Assembly: GCA_021736945.1 (NCBI GenBank)
Contig: JAIPEX010000002.1
Span: 7,486 to 71,485 of the forward strand
Direction: 5' to 3'
Source of the DNA: Halanaerobiales bacterium
GTDB lineage: Bacteria; Bacillota; Halanaerobiia; Halanaerobiales; M55B127
DNA: 64,000 nt
The notes beneath the pieces were generated by a model, which was not told the origin of the DNA, did no database searches, and saw only the letters and a program-made list of their open reading frames with translations. How positions within the stretch are numbered: position 1 is the first letter of the stretch; each line of letters begins with the position of its first letter. A program made the translations under genes and the position numbers. Below are positions 34,457 to 42,998 of the stretch, one piece after another.

Positions 34457-34479
34457 GGCTTATTCATTATGAATAAGCC
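34457..34479. terminator. bidirectional terminator between rpsT and holA
   Basis: The perfect hairpin GGCTTATTC-attat-GAATAAGCC is flanked by an A-run and a T-run. It lies between convergent genes. Confidence 0.7.
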
Positions 34480-34489
34480 ATTTATTTTT

Positions 34490-35491
34490 TTATATACTTA
34501 TTATTGCATTTTGAATTGAATTTTCTATTTTGTCTTCTCCAGTTTTTAATTTCACATCTGCCTCTAGAAATTTATCCAACATCTTTTCTAATTCTTCAGC
34601 ACTGTAATTATCAACATATCCATAAATTTTTTTAATAGGATAGGGATGCACTCCTAACTTATTTGCTATTTTCTTATGTTTTATTCCCTGTTGTTTTAAA
34701 TCTTTAGTGATTAACATTAATCTAACTCTTCGAGTTATCATCGCAAAAATTATCTGAGGTACTTCTCCATTTTCTAATAATTGATGAAAATAATACAAAC
34801 TTTTATTTTTTTCTTTTTTACTTATCGCATCTAAAAATTCAAATATAGTATTCTCCTTTAATCTACGATCTTTAGACATAACAGCTTTAATATCAGAGAC
34901 TTCAACTTTGTTTTTTTCATCTATATATGTACAAATTTTATCAATCTCAGAATCTAATTGCTGCAAATTATTGTTAAACATTTTTTCCAGTAATCTTATT
35001 CCTCTATAATTGATCTTTTTTCCTCTATCTCTAAACTGTAATTTTATCCATTTGTTAATATCTTGAAAACGTGGAGGAGAATAATTTATAACTTCCCCTT
35101 GTTCTTTAATTATATCTTTCCTTTTGTTATTAGACAGATCATCATTAACTAAAATTAAAATCACTGTGCTATCAGGAATATCTTTTAAAAATTTCTCAAA
35201 AGCATCAAAATTAGGAATGCTTTTTTTAAATATATTTCCCGCTTTAACAATAATGAATCTTTTTTGTGACATAACTGGTAAAGTACTACCTTTATTAACT
35301 ATATTTTTAAAAACATTATCTTCTTCTTTAATATATGTTAAATTAAAATCCTCTATTTCTTTGTCGACAAACTTTTCTTTGAATTTATTTTCGAATTTAT
35401 CTAATAAATATTCTTCAGAACTAAAAACTAAGTATATATTATCTATTTGGGAAAGATCATTTTCAAATACTTTTTCAATTTTTTTATTCAT
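34490..35491 (-). CDS. holA: DNA polymerase III delta subunit
   Basis: The 333-aa size fits, and the position between comEC and rpsT matches B. subtilis yqeN/holA. The AAA-like N-domain pattern (YLVFSSEEYL) is present. No strong catalytic motifs are expected for this protein. Confidence 0.7.
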   Translation of the reverse strand: MNKKIEKVFENDLSQIDNIYLVFSSEEYLLDKFENKFKEKFVDKEIEDFNLTYIKEEDNVFKNIVNKGSTLPVMSQKRFIIVKAGNIFKKSIPNFDAFEKFLKDIPDSTVILILVNDDLSNNKRKDIIKEQGEVINYSPPRFQDINKWIKLQFRDRGKKINYRGIRLLEKMFNNNLQQLDSEIDKICTYIDEKNKVEVSDIKAVMSKDRRLKENTIFEFLDAISKKEKNKSLYYFHQLLENGEVPQIIFAMITRRVRLMLITKDLKQQGIKHKKIANKLGVHPYPIKKIYGYVDNYSAEELEKMLDKFLEADVKLKTGEDKIENSIQNAIISI

Positions 35492-35557
35492 ATTCTAACA
35501 CCTTTCTATTTTTCAAAAGCAATTATACTTAATTTTAACACAGTTACTACCTATTTA

Positions 35558-37864
35558 TCAATTTAAATATCCATTAATATTATACTTGTGACCATCAGTT
35601 TTAATAATAACAGCACCATTATGATCGGTTCTCCAAATGCGGATATTATTATCAATTAAACGTTTTAAAACATTTTTACTTGGGTGGCCGTACTCATTTG
35701 ATCCAACACTTATTATCGCTTCTTTAGGAGCAACTGCTTTTATAAATTCATCTGTACTTGAAGTTTCACTCCCATGATGAGCTACTTTTAATATATCAGA
35801 TTTTAATTTATTTTGGTCTACTAATTTTAAGATTATTTCTTCTGCTTTTTCTTCTAAATCACCAGTAAATAACATTTCAAAATCTTTATAAGTTAATTTG
35901 AAAGCTACAGAATAATTATTTCTATTTTTAAAAACAATATTTTCTAAAGGAGCCATAAATTTTAATTTTATATTATTTAGAGATAAGATATCTTGATTAT
36001 CTGTCCAATATACTCTTATATTTTTATTCATGGCAGCTTCTATTGTCTTTTTAGCATAATTTTGTGTAAAATCATATTGTTTAGATATTATCAAATTTTT
36101 TATAAATCCTTTCTTAATTAAATATTCAGTTCCAGCACTATGGTCTCCATCAAAATGTGTAACTATATGATAATCTATCATTTTAATGTTTTGATTCAAT
36201 AAAAAGGGTATGATAGTTTTTTCTGCTTTACTTCCAGTAAGTGTTGAACTACCAGTGTCCACTAATATTGTTTGCCCATCTGGTATTTTTATAACTATTG
36301 AATCTCCTTGGCCTACATCTAAACAATAAATCTCTAATAAATTGTTATTTGTGGGCCGAATAATAATTGTAAAAATAAAAATAATTAATAATATTGTACT
36401 TAAAATTTTAAAAATATTAATCTTAATAGATTTCATATTATCTTTATTTCTAATAATATAGGCAACAAGAAAAAGAATAATATAATATATAAAAACAGTA
36501 GCAATAGAAGGAGTAGTCACTTTAATTTCAGCTGAAGGTAATTTTGACATGACTTTAATACCTTTATTTAAAAATACAGTCGTTAAATAGATCAATTGTC
36601 CCGTGAAATTACTTAAAAATGGAAATATAAGATAAAAAACGAAATGGGTTAATGTTAAAAATACAATAACAGATACTAAAGGAATTGCCCATAAATTAGT
36701 TATTACTCCTGCCGGTGATATTGTGTTAAAATAATATGCAGTTAGAGGAATTGAACCTAGTTGGGCTGCAAGACTAACAGCTAGAGATGTATGTAAATAC
36801 CTTTCGAAAATTTTAGTCCAACTTACTATCATTAATAATACAAGAAAACTAAGCTGTAGCCCAACTGAAAATAATTTATAAGGGTCTAACAACAAAATTA
36901 TAAATAACACAATAGAAATTATAGTAAAAAAATCAACTTTTAAATTAATTTGTTTAAAATACCTAAAAAATAAAACTAATAAAGATGCTCTCAAAACAGA
37001 AGCTCTAAATCCTGTCATAATTACATATATTAAAAGAAAAAAAGTTAAAATTATATTTATTATTTTACTACTAAAAGAAAAAGGTTTTAATAAAAATATA
37101 ATGAATAATGTTATAAAACCAATATGTAATCCAGAAATTGCTAACAGATGATTAGCTCCAGCCCTTCTAAAACTTGTTTCCCAGCTTTTATTTAAATTAC
37201 TTTTTTCGCCTAAAATTAATGCTTTTATGAACTCATTGACCGGGGGTATTATTTTTTTATCTATTGATCCTAGTAAAAATCTTTTTATCTTTATAATAGG
37301 TTTTGTTAATAAAATATGATTTTGAATTTTATATATTTCAAAAACATTTCCTACACTATAAATTTTTTTCTTTTTTAGATATTTAAAATAGGAAAATCCA
37401 CCTGGATTACTGGCTTTTTGTGGTTTATTCAATTTCATTCTTGCAATTACTAAATCTCCATGTTCTATATTATTGTTTAAATCACTTTTCCATAATTGAA
37501 TGTTCCCGTATTTGATTCTTTTATTATCTACTAAAATTGGTTTTAAAATAACAGAATTGCCTTCTACAGAATCCAATTTAATCTTAATTTTTCCAACTAC
37601 CTCTATTATTCTATTATTATAATTATTAATCGAATTAATACTATAATAATTCATCTGAAAATATAACATATAAAAAAAGCCAAACAAAAATATAATTATA
37701 AATATATAAATAACTATTTTTTTGTTTTTAGTTAAAGTTATAATTATTAATAATATAATTCCTGTTATTAGTAACACTAATTTGTAATTTATAAAGAAAT
37801 ATCCGCTGATAATACCAAGTATAAATATTATGACAGCTATTATAATATTTTTATTCAACTTCAA
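35558..37864 (-). CDS. comEC: DNA internalization channel ComEC/Rec2
   Basis: A polytopic competence domain is followed by a C-terminal metallo-beta-lactamase domain (HFDGDHSAG, VAHHGS). Confidence 0.85.
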   Translation of the reverse strand: MKLNKNIIIAVIIFILGIISGYFFINYKLVLLITGIILLIIITLTKNKKIVIYIFIIIFLFGFFYMLYFQMNYYSINSINNYNNRIIEVVGKIKIKLDSVEGNSVILKPILVDNKRIKYGNIQLWKSDLNNNIEHGDLVIARMKLNKPQKASNPGGFSYFKYLKKKKIYSVGNVFEIYKIQNHILLTKPIIKIKRFLLGSIDKKIIPPVNEFIKALILGEKSNLNKSWETSFRRAGANHLLAISGLHIGFITLFIIFLLKPFSFSSKIINIILTFFLLIYVIMTGFRASVLRASLLVLFFRYFKQINLKVDFFTIISIVLFIILLLDPYKLFSVGLQLSFLVLLMIVSWTKIFERYLHTSLAVSLAAQLGSIPLTAYYFNTISPAGVITNLWAIPLVSVIVFLTLTHFVFYLIFPFLSNFTGQLIYLTTVFLNKGIKVMSKLPSAEIKVTTPSIATVFIYYIILFLVAYIIRNKDNMKSIKINIFKILSTILLIIFIFTIIIRPTNNNLLEIYCLDVGQGDSIVIKIPDGQTILVDTGSSTLTGSKAEKTIIPFLLNQNIKMIDYHIVTHFDGDHSAGTEYLIKKGFIKNLIISKQYDFTQNYAKKTIEAAMNKNIRVYWTDNQDILSLNNIKLKFMAPLENIVFKNRNNYSVAFKLTYKDFEMLFTGDLEEKAEEIILKLVDQNKLKSDILKVAHHGSETSSTDEFIKAVAPKEAIISVGSNEYGHPSKNVLKRLIDNNIRIWRTDHNGAVIIKTDGHKYNINGYLN

Positions 37865-37901
37865 TATTAAATCAATCCTTTGATTATTATTATATTTCTA
37901 A

Positions 37902-38267
37902 TTATTTTCTGGGTACAATAATTTTATCATTTTTATATAATTTTTTATTTAAATTCAAATTAGTAATTTCTGCATCTTCTCTTAAAATCACTAGCTCTTC
38001 AATTATTCTTTTCAATTTTGTACCGGGAATAATATGATAAAAACCTGGATTTCTAACAGCACCACTAATATGTATTTTAATTTCGGAATTGATTTCTTTA
38101 TTACTATCAACTACCTTAAATCTTCTTTTTTTAAATTTTTGTAAAGTAACATTTTTATAATTATTAGTTATTTCTCTTTCCTTAAAGATATTAAATAATG
38201 TCATACTAAGAAATATTATTGCTACAATTAAAATTGAATTTATAATTTTTTCTTTAATTAATATCAC
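37902..38267 (-). CDS. ComEA-like protein, TM + SLBB-type domain only (no helix-hairpin-helix domain)
   Basis: IKIHISGAVRNPGFYHIIPGTKLKRIIE...NDKIIVPRK aligns with the central domain of B. subtilis ComEA. The ORF stops where the HhH DNA-binding domain would begin. Confidence 0.6.
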   Translation of the reverse strand: MILIKEKIINSILIVAIIFLSMTLFNIFKEREITNNYKNVTLQKFKKRRFKVVDSNKEINSEIKIHISGAVRNPGFYHIIPGTKLKRIIEELVILREDAEITNLNLNKKLYKNDKIIVPRK

Positions 38268-38313
38268 CTCTTGTTATATTATTCTATATATGTTAATATT
38301 TTCCTTTATATGC

Positions 38314-38339
38314 AATAAAAAAATCCCTGTTAAGGGATC
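38314..38339 (-). terminator. terminator after udk
   Basis: On minus-strand RNA, AUCCCU-uaac-AGGGAU is followed by UUUUUUUAUU. Confidence 0.6.
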
Positions 38340-38350
38340 ATATTTTATAT

Positions 38351-38956
38351 TTATAAATGTGCTTTTATCTTTTTTATAATCAAATCATTAGCAATATCAT
38401 TTAAACCTCCATGAGGAATAATAATATCAGCCAAATATTTTGTGGGTTCTACATATCTTTCATGCATTGGTTTAACAGTAGCCATATACTGATTACGAAC
38501 AGAATCAAATGTTCTATCTCTTTTTTTAATATCTCTATTAATTCTTCGTAACAACCTGATATCAGCATCAGTATCAATATATATTTTTAAGTCAAATAAA
38601 TCTCTCAGTTTTGGATAATGAAAAATCAATATTCCTTCTACAATAATTATCGGAGAAGGTTTTACTACTTTTGACTCTTGTAATCTTTCATTTGTTTTAT
38701 AAGAATATACTGGTCTTTCTATTTTTGTGCCTGATATTAATTTTTTTAAATGATCAATTAAAAGTTCCGTTTCAAAGGACTCAGGATGATCAAAATTTAT
38801 TTTGTCTTCAGGAACAGAAAAATAGCTTTTATCATGATAGTAAAAATCATGTCTTAACATGGTGACTTCATCCTTAAAAGCATCCTTTAATATCTTAGCT
38901 AATGTTGTTTTTCCAGAAGCAGTTCCTCCCGCTATTCCAATTAATAATTGTGACAA
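38351..38956 (-). CDS. udk: uridine kinase
   Basis: P-loop IGIAGGTASGKTT and Udk-family motifs (FDHPESF, IVEGIL, D.D.RL.RR..RD). Confidence 0.9.
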   Translation of the reverse strand: MSQLLIGIAGGTASGKTTLAKILKDAFKDEVTMLRHDFYYHDKSYFSVPEDKINFDHPESFETELLIDHLKKLISGTKIERPVYSYKTNERLQESKVVKPSPIIIVEGILIFHYPKLRDLFDLKIYIDTDADIRLLRRINRDIKKRDRTFDSVRNQYMATVKPMHERYVEPTKYLADIIIPHGGLNDIANDLIIKKIKAHL

Positions 38957-39054
38957 CTAATTTCATCCTTTCAAATTATAATCTTATTAATTAGTATAAT
39001 GATATTTTTAAATAAGGTCAAATCATATAATAAAAACAAATAAATTTAAATCAT

Positions 39055-39414
39055 TTATCTATAGCCATTTTTATATAATTTTTTCATATTGTAATTTTGT
39101 TCTTTACTTTCATTACGACTACTGGATGAAGTTTTTGTACTCACTTTATTTAAACCATTAAATTCTTTGTATATTTCATGGATGGCTACAACAGCCGTCT
39201 TAGTGGAGATATCCTGATGAATAACTTTATTAATTATTTCATTCATAACATATCTAGCTTCTTCAGGTAAACCAGCAATATCATGTATTAATTGTTCAAT
39301 ATGCTGCTTTATTTCACTGTGATAGGTAATTTCATTTTCCGATAATTTTTCTTTTGATTGTATCATCTTTCTTAACTCAATCAATTTTAATAATGTTTCA
39401 GTTCTTGATAACAA
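39055..39414 (-). CDS. hypothetical protein (119 aa), last gene of the DnaD/DnaI-like cluster
   Basis: The ORF is predicted helical and has a Ser-rich linker. I do not recognise the family. Its C-terminus, LYKNGYR, resembles the tail of the DnaD-like ORF. Confidence 0.5.
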   Translation of the reverse strand: MLSRTETLLKLIELRKMIQSKEKLSENEITYHSEIKQHIEQLIHDIAGLPEEARYVMNEIINKVIHQDISTKTAVVAIHEIYKEFNGLNKVSTKTSSSSRNESKEQNYNMKKLYKNGYR

Positions 39415-39432
39415 TCTTAAATCGCCCCCACT

Positions 39433-40278
39433 TTAATAACTGTTTTGCCGGTAATCTTTTTCTGGTGAACTTGCAAATACAAATTGATAACCTTTCGTCA
39501 TTTCACTGATACGAGATGCTAAATATGTTGCAGCTTTTAAATGTTTTGTTTTATAATAAGGATTGCTTTCATCATTTCTGGCTAGCATTTTAAACTCATT
39601 ATTAGATGTAAATATTACAGGTTTATTGTAATCATATCTATGGTTTAACCAAGCTGTTAAATTACCAAATACAAAATCTGTATCCCTTTCCCTTAAAAAA
39701 TCATCTATTACTAATAATTTAGAATTCATTACAGCATTTTCAATTGTATCAAGTTCTCTTGCTAAATTCTCATCTTTTGAGTTATACTGTCTCTTTTTCC
39801 AAAGATAATTTACTTCACTCATAAAAAAGACAGGTCTCCAGTTATGATCACTCAAAGATATTCCTCTTCTTGCATAATAATCGGGATTTTTCTTATAAAT
39901 TTCCTTTGCAAATTGTTTAGCAGCTGTCTTTAAAGCTGAAATAGCTACATGAGTTTTACCACAACCATTAAACTTACTATAAATATAAACAGATTGTGAA
40001 ACATCCATCGCACTTAAAATGTTCTCAGCATAAGTTTTAATAGCCTTAATTTTTTTAACATTCTCCTTTGGACAAGCTTTATAATTAAAACTTGCAAAAC
40101 TTGCATTTTCAAATTTAGGAGGTATATGACTATTTTCCATTATAACTTTATATATTTTTTTAACAGCCTCTTTAGAGGAAATAAATTTATCTGTATCCTT
40201 TTTTATAGAAGTCTTCGAGGGTTTCTTCTTCATCTCTTTTTTCTTTTTTTCGATTAATTTCTTGAAGTCTTTTTTCAT
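39433..40278 (-). CDS. DnaI/DnaC-like AAA+ helicase loader
   Basis: Walker A GCGKTHVA and Walker B LLVIDDF. The N-terminal F.N.SF.SF pattern is typical of DnaC/IstB-like loaders. The start is uncertain. I chose the Met at 40278 because AAGGA lies about 9 nt upstream; the ORF track gives 40314. Confidence 0.7.
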   Translation of the reverse strand: MKKDFKKLIEKKKKEMKKKPSKTSIKKDTDKFISSKEAVKKIYKVIMENSHIPPKFENASFASFNYKACPKENVKKIKAIKTYAENILSAMDVSQSVYIYSKFNGCGKTHVAISALKTAAKQFAKEIYKKNPDYYARRGISLSDHNWRPVFFMSEVNYLWKKRQYNSKDENLARELDTIENAVMNSKLLVIDDFLRERDTDFVFGNLTAWLNHRYDYNKPVIFTSNNEFKMLARNDESNPYYKTKHLKAATYLASRISEMTKGYQFVFASSPEKDYRQNSY

Positions 40279-40825
40279 ATTCTTCCATCCTTTGTTTTTC
40301 TTCTTTAAAATCATGGATAGTATATATAGATCGATTTAAATAATCTCTTAATAAAGATATGATATAATTCGTAGGATTACCTTTTGCTTTTTCCGCACTA
40401 ATTTTCATAACTTCAATGATTACCTCTTCAGTTATACCATCTTCCATAAAAGAAAGTAACTTCTGCAGAAAAGTTGGAGTTAAATTCAATGTACCGAAAT
40501 ATTCATCCCATTTTGCAGCAATTTTTGAACCGGCTTCCTGAAATTCCTGATCATTAAGTTCTTCTTGGAATTCTTCAGGAACAGTTAAATATAAATTATT
40601 TTCTTCTTTAATTAACCATTTTTTTTCTTGTAGTGAGTCTATAAGATTAGTGTTGTTTTCAAAAAATGATTTTTTAGTTTTCCATTGACTTTTGCTAATG
40701 AGTTGAGATTGGTCAACTTTAGAAAATAATTTTACTAAAATATGAAACTCTTCAAAATTCAATTTATCATCCTTAAAAATAACTTTAGGTACTTTAAAAT
40801 ACTTTAAATGCTGCAATATAACCAC
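40187..40825 (-). CDS. DnaD-domain replication initiation / helicase-loading protein
   Basis: The C-terminal half (WDEYFG.LN.T...KLLSFMEDGITEEVIIEVMKISAEKAKGNPTNYIISLLRDYLNRSIYT) matches the DnaD/DnaB_2 domain pattern. It is upstream of the loader ATPase. Confidence 0.65.
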   Translation of the reverse strand: MVILQHLKYFKVPKVIFKDDKLNFEEFHILVKLFSKVDQSQLISKSQWKTKKSFFENNTNLIDSLQEKKWLIKEENNLYLTVPEEFQEELNDQEFQEAGSKIAAKWDEYFGTLNLTPTFLQKLLSFMEDGITEEVIIEVMKISAEKAKGNPTNYIISLLRDYLNRSIYTIHDFKEEKQRMEEYEKRLQEINRKKEKRDEEETLEDFYKKGYR

Positions 40826-40954
40826 TCCTGACTTTTAGGCAGCACCTGTAATAATAACATAATAACTATTGTAATTCAATCATATTAATTAAGAGTTTCG
40901 ACTTAATTTTAAAGCGTATATTTTTAATTCAACAAGATATTCTTTATCCCTTTT

Positions 40955-40987
40955 TTAAAAATAAAAAACAGGAGGTGAACTCCTGTT
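40955..40987 (-). terminator. putative terminator of the nitroreductase-rseC-csoR operon
   Basis: On minus-strand RNA, AACAGGAG-uucac-CUCCUGUU is followed by UUUAUUUUUAAAAAA. Confidence 0.55.
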
Positions 40988-41099
40988 TGAAACAGTTAAT
41001 AATTCCTTTTAAGTTAGGAACAACCTCCATTAAAATTTTTTATATTTATTTTATTGTCTCTGCAAATAAATATTTTTAAAGATAATTAACTCATAAAAA

Positions 41100-41372
41100 T
41101 TAATCGACAAACCGATTTATAACATTTAATAACTCATCTATTATTTCTTCATCATCATTTTGTAATGAACTTTGTACACACCCATTTATGTGTTCCTGTA
41201 AAACTTTCAAAGCTACCTTTTTTAAAGCACCTCTTACGGCCACTATTTGTGTTAATATATCAACACAATACTTATCATTATCAATCATATTTTTTACACC
41301 GCGAGTTTGCCCCTCTATTCTATTTAGTCTTACTAAAAGATCTTTTTTTTCTTCTTCAGAAATAGAATTCAT
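41100..41372 (-). CDS. CsoR/RcnR/FrmR-family metal- or thiol-sensing repressor (x-C-H-C fingerprint)
   Basis: It has the family signature LVRLNRIEGQTRGVKNMI. The candidate ligand residues are Cys in KYCVDIL and His and Cys in EHINGC. Confidence 0.8.
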   Translation of the reverse strand: MNSISEEEKKDLLVRLNRIEGQTRGVKNMIDNDKYCVDILTQIVAVRGALKKVALKVLQEHINGCVQSSLQNDDEEIIDELLNVINRFVD

Positions 41373-41834
41373 TTAATCAGCTCCTACTTCATTATTTTTC
41401 GATACAATTCCAGTGATTTCTGATTGAAACTTTTTATTTCTTGATAATCTTTTATCTACTCTTTTTGTGAAAAGATATGAAACATATAAAAATATAAATG
41501 AAAATATTATACCAGACAGTTGTTGTGAAATGTTACCTAACAAAAAGGATAGATTTGAACCAACAAAATAACCAATCACAAAAAACAGAAGGGGTACTAA
41601 ATAAATCATTAAGGAACCTAGAACCAATGAACTATCCTTAAGTTCAATATTAACCATATCTCCTATTTCAACATTTTTATCATTTTTTACTTCTACATAT
41701 ATATCATCTTGCTCATGTGATTCATCAAGTCCTAAAATGCAATCTTCATTACATTTACTACAAGCTGAATGCCTTGTTACAACAACTTTTGCTTTATCTC
41801 CATTAACTTCTACCACACATGCTTTTTCTCTCAT
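41373..41834 (-). CDS. RseC/MucC-family membrane protein
   Basis: N-terminal pattern G.V.EV.GDKAKVVV.R.SACSKC...C, followed by two TM helices. Confidence 0.65.
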   Translation of the reverse strand: MREKACVVEVNGDKAKVVVTRHSACSKCNEDCILGLDESHEQDDIYVEVKNDKNVEIGDMVNIELKDSSLVLGSLMIYLVPLLFFVIGYFVGSNLSFLLGNISQQLSGIIFSFIFLYVSYLFTKRVDKRLSRNKKFQSEITGIVSKNNEVGAD

Positions 41835-41850
41835 TTTAACACTCCTAAAA

Positions 41851-42696
41851 CTACTTGATATAATTTTCTTTCGGTTTTCTTTCTGGAGCTTCTATCTCAT
41901 TATCTATAAAACCAAGTGGGGTAATTGTAGCAATATAATGCTCCATTGGAATATTTAATTTACTTTTGATACTTTCTCTATCCATATCAGCAATCCAACA
42001 AGTACCAAGATTATATAGTCTAGCAGCTAACATAAAATGATAAGCTGCAATATCGGCGTCTTGTTTATATCTATTGGACTGTTCATTATCAGAACAGATA
42101 GCAACTGCCATTGGTGCCTTCTTAATGGGTTCGGAAGCGGTCTTTCTTATTGAAGCTAAATCACAAATTAATTCCTCATCAGTAATAAATTTAAAATAAT
42201 AGGATTGAGAATTCATAGAAGTTGGGGCAAATCTACTTAAATCTATTACTTTATTTAAAATGTTTTCTGGTATTTCCTCATCCTTAAATTTCCTATAACT
42301 TCTCCTATTTAATAATAATTCTTTACCTGTTAAATGTGGATTCAATTTATGTAAAAAAGCTTGAAATTCCAAAGTTCTATCCTCGGGATCTTTTGCAAAA
42401 AATTGATAAATATTGAAATCATTATTTACTTGAGGTTCTTTGGTAATCTCTAAATCAACTGAAATTTTTTCATAAAATTTATCAACAGCTTTCTTATCTT
42501 TGAAATAATAGGTTATTATACCATCATTTTCTATTTTATTAGACTGACAAAAACCCAATTGGAGATTCCCTTTTTCAAATATTTTACATTGTTCTTGGTC
42601 CTGCCATAATTCCATTCCAATTTTATCTTGATAAAATGTAGATATTTTTTCTAAGTCCTTTGTTTTCATAAATACAATCCCTGACATATTAGACAC
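41851..42696 (-). CDS. VOC/glyoxalase-like domain fused to a nitroreductase domain
   Basis: The N-terminal ~115 aa have a beta-alpha-beta-beta-beta VOC-like pattern. The C-terminal half carries nitroreductase motifs (NRRSYRKF, APTSMNSQ, CW). Confidence 0.75.
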   Translation of the reverse strand: MSNMSGIVFMKTKDLEKISTFYQDKIGMELWQDQEQCKIFEKGNLQLGFCQSNKIENDGIITYYFKDKKAVDKFYEKISVDLEITKEPQVNNDFNIYQFFAKDPEDRTLEFQAFLHKLNPHLTGKELLLNRRSYRKFKDEEIPENILNKVIDLSRFAPTSMNSQSYYFKFITDEELICDLASIRKTASEPIKKAPMAVAICSDNEQSNRYKQDADIAAYHFMLAARLYNLGTCWIADMDRESIKSKLNIPMEHYIATITPLGFIDNEIEAPERKPKENYIK

Positions 42697-42948
42697 TCCT
42701 TAAGTTAATTGGTTAAAAAATCAAAAATATTAATTAACATACCACTTCTATCTATTCTATATAACTCTGTATAATCACAATTATTACAGCTTATTGAAAC
42801 TACTTTTTGTTTTGTACATCAAATATCTTTGATAATTTGCCTTTAGTAGTTCTAAGTTTAGATTTTTTATAATCTTTATGATCACATTTAACATATCCCA
42901 TTTCATTACTGATCAATTTACATCCACTTATTATTTATTTTATTATAT

Positions 42949-42980
42949 CAAAAAACCCCTGCTATTAAAACAGGGGTTTT
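42949..42980 (-). terminator. Rho-independent terminator after leuS
   Basis: AACCCCTG-ctattaaaa-CAGGGGTT. On the minus strand it is followed by UUUUUUGAUAU. Confidence 0.75.
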
Positions 42981-42998
42981 GGTAATAAACCAAATTCT

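Noticed and set aside
40187-40314. The 128-nt overlap of the DnaD-like and DnaI-like ORFs, considered as a possible programmed frameshift or fusion.
   Set aside because: I saw no slippery heptamer or downstream structure. An internal Met at 40278 with an AAGGA SD gives a normal start for the loader. The overlap is most simply an over-extended ORF call in K-rich sequence.
42800-42901. 33-aa very basic minus-strand ORF (MGYVKCDHKDYKKSKLRTTKGKLSKIFDVQNKK) between the leuS terminator and the nitroreductase-fusion gene.
   Set aside because: It has no convincing SD and no recognisable family. AT-rich intergenic DNA readily yields Lys-rich short ORFs. It is worth a look only if ribosome profiling or conservation supports it.
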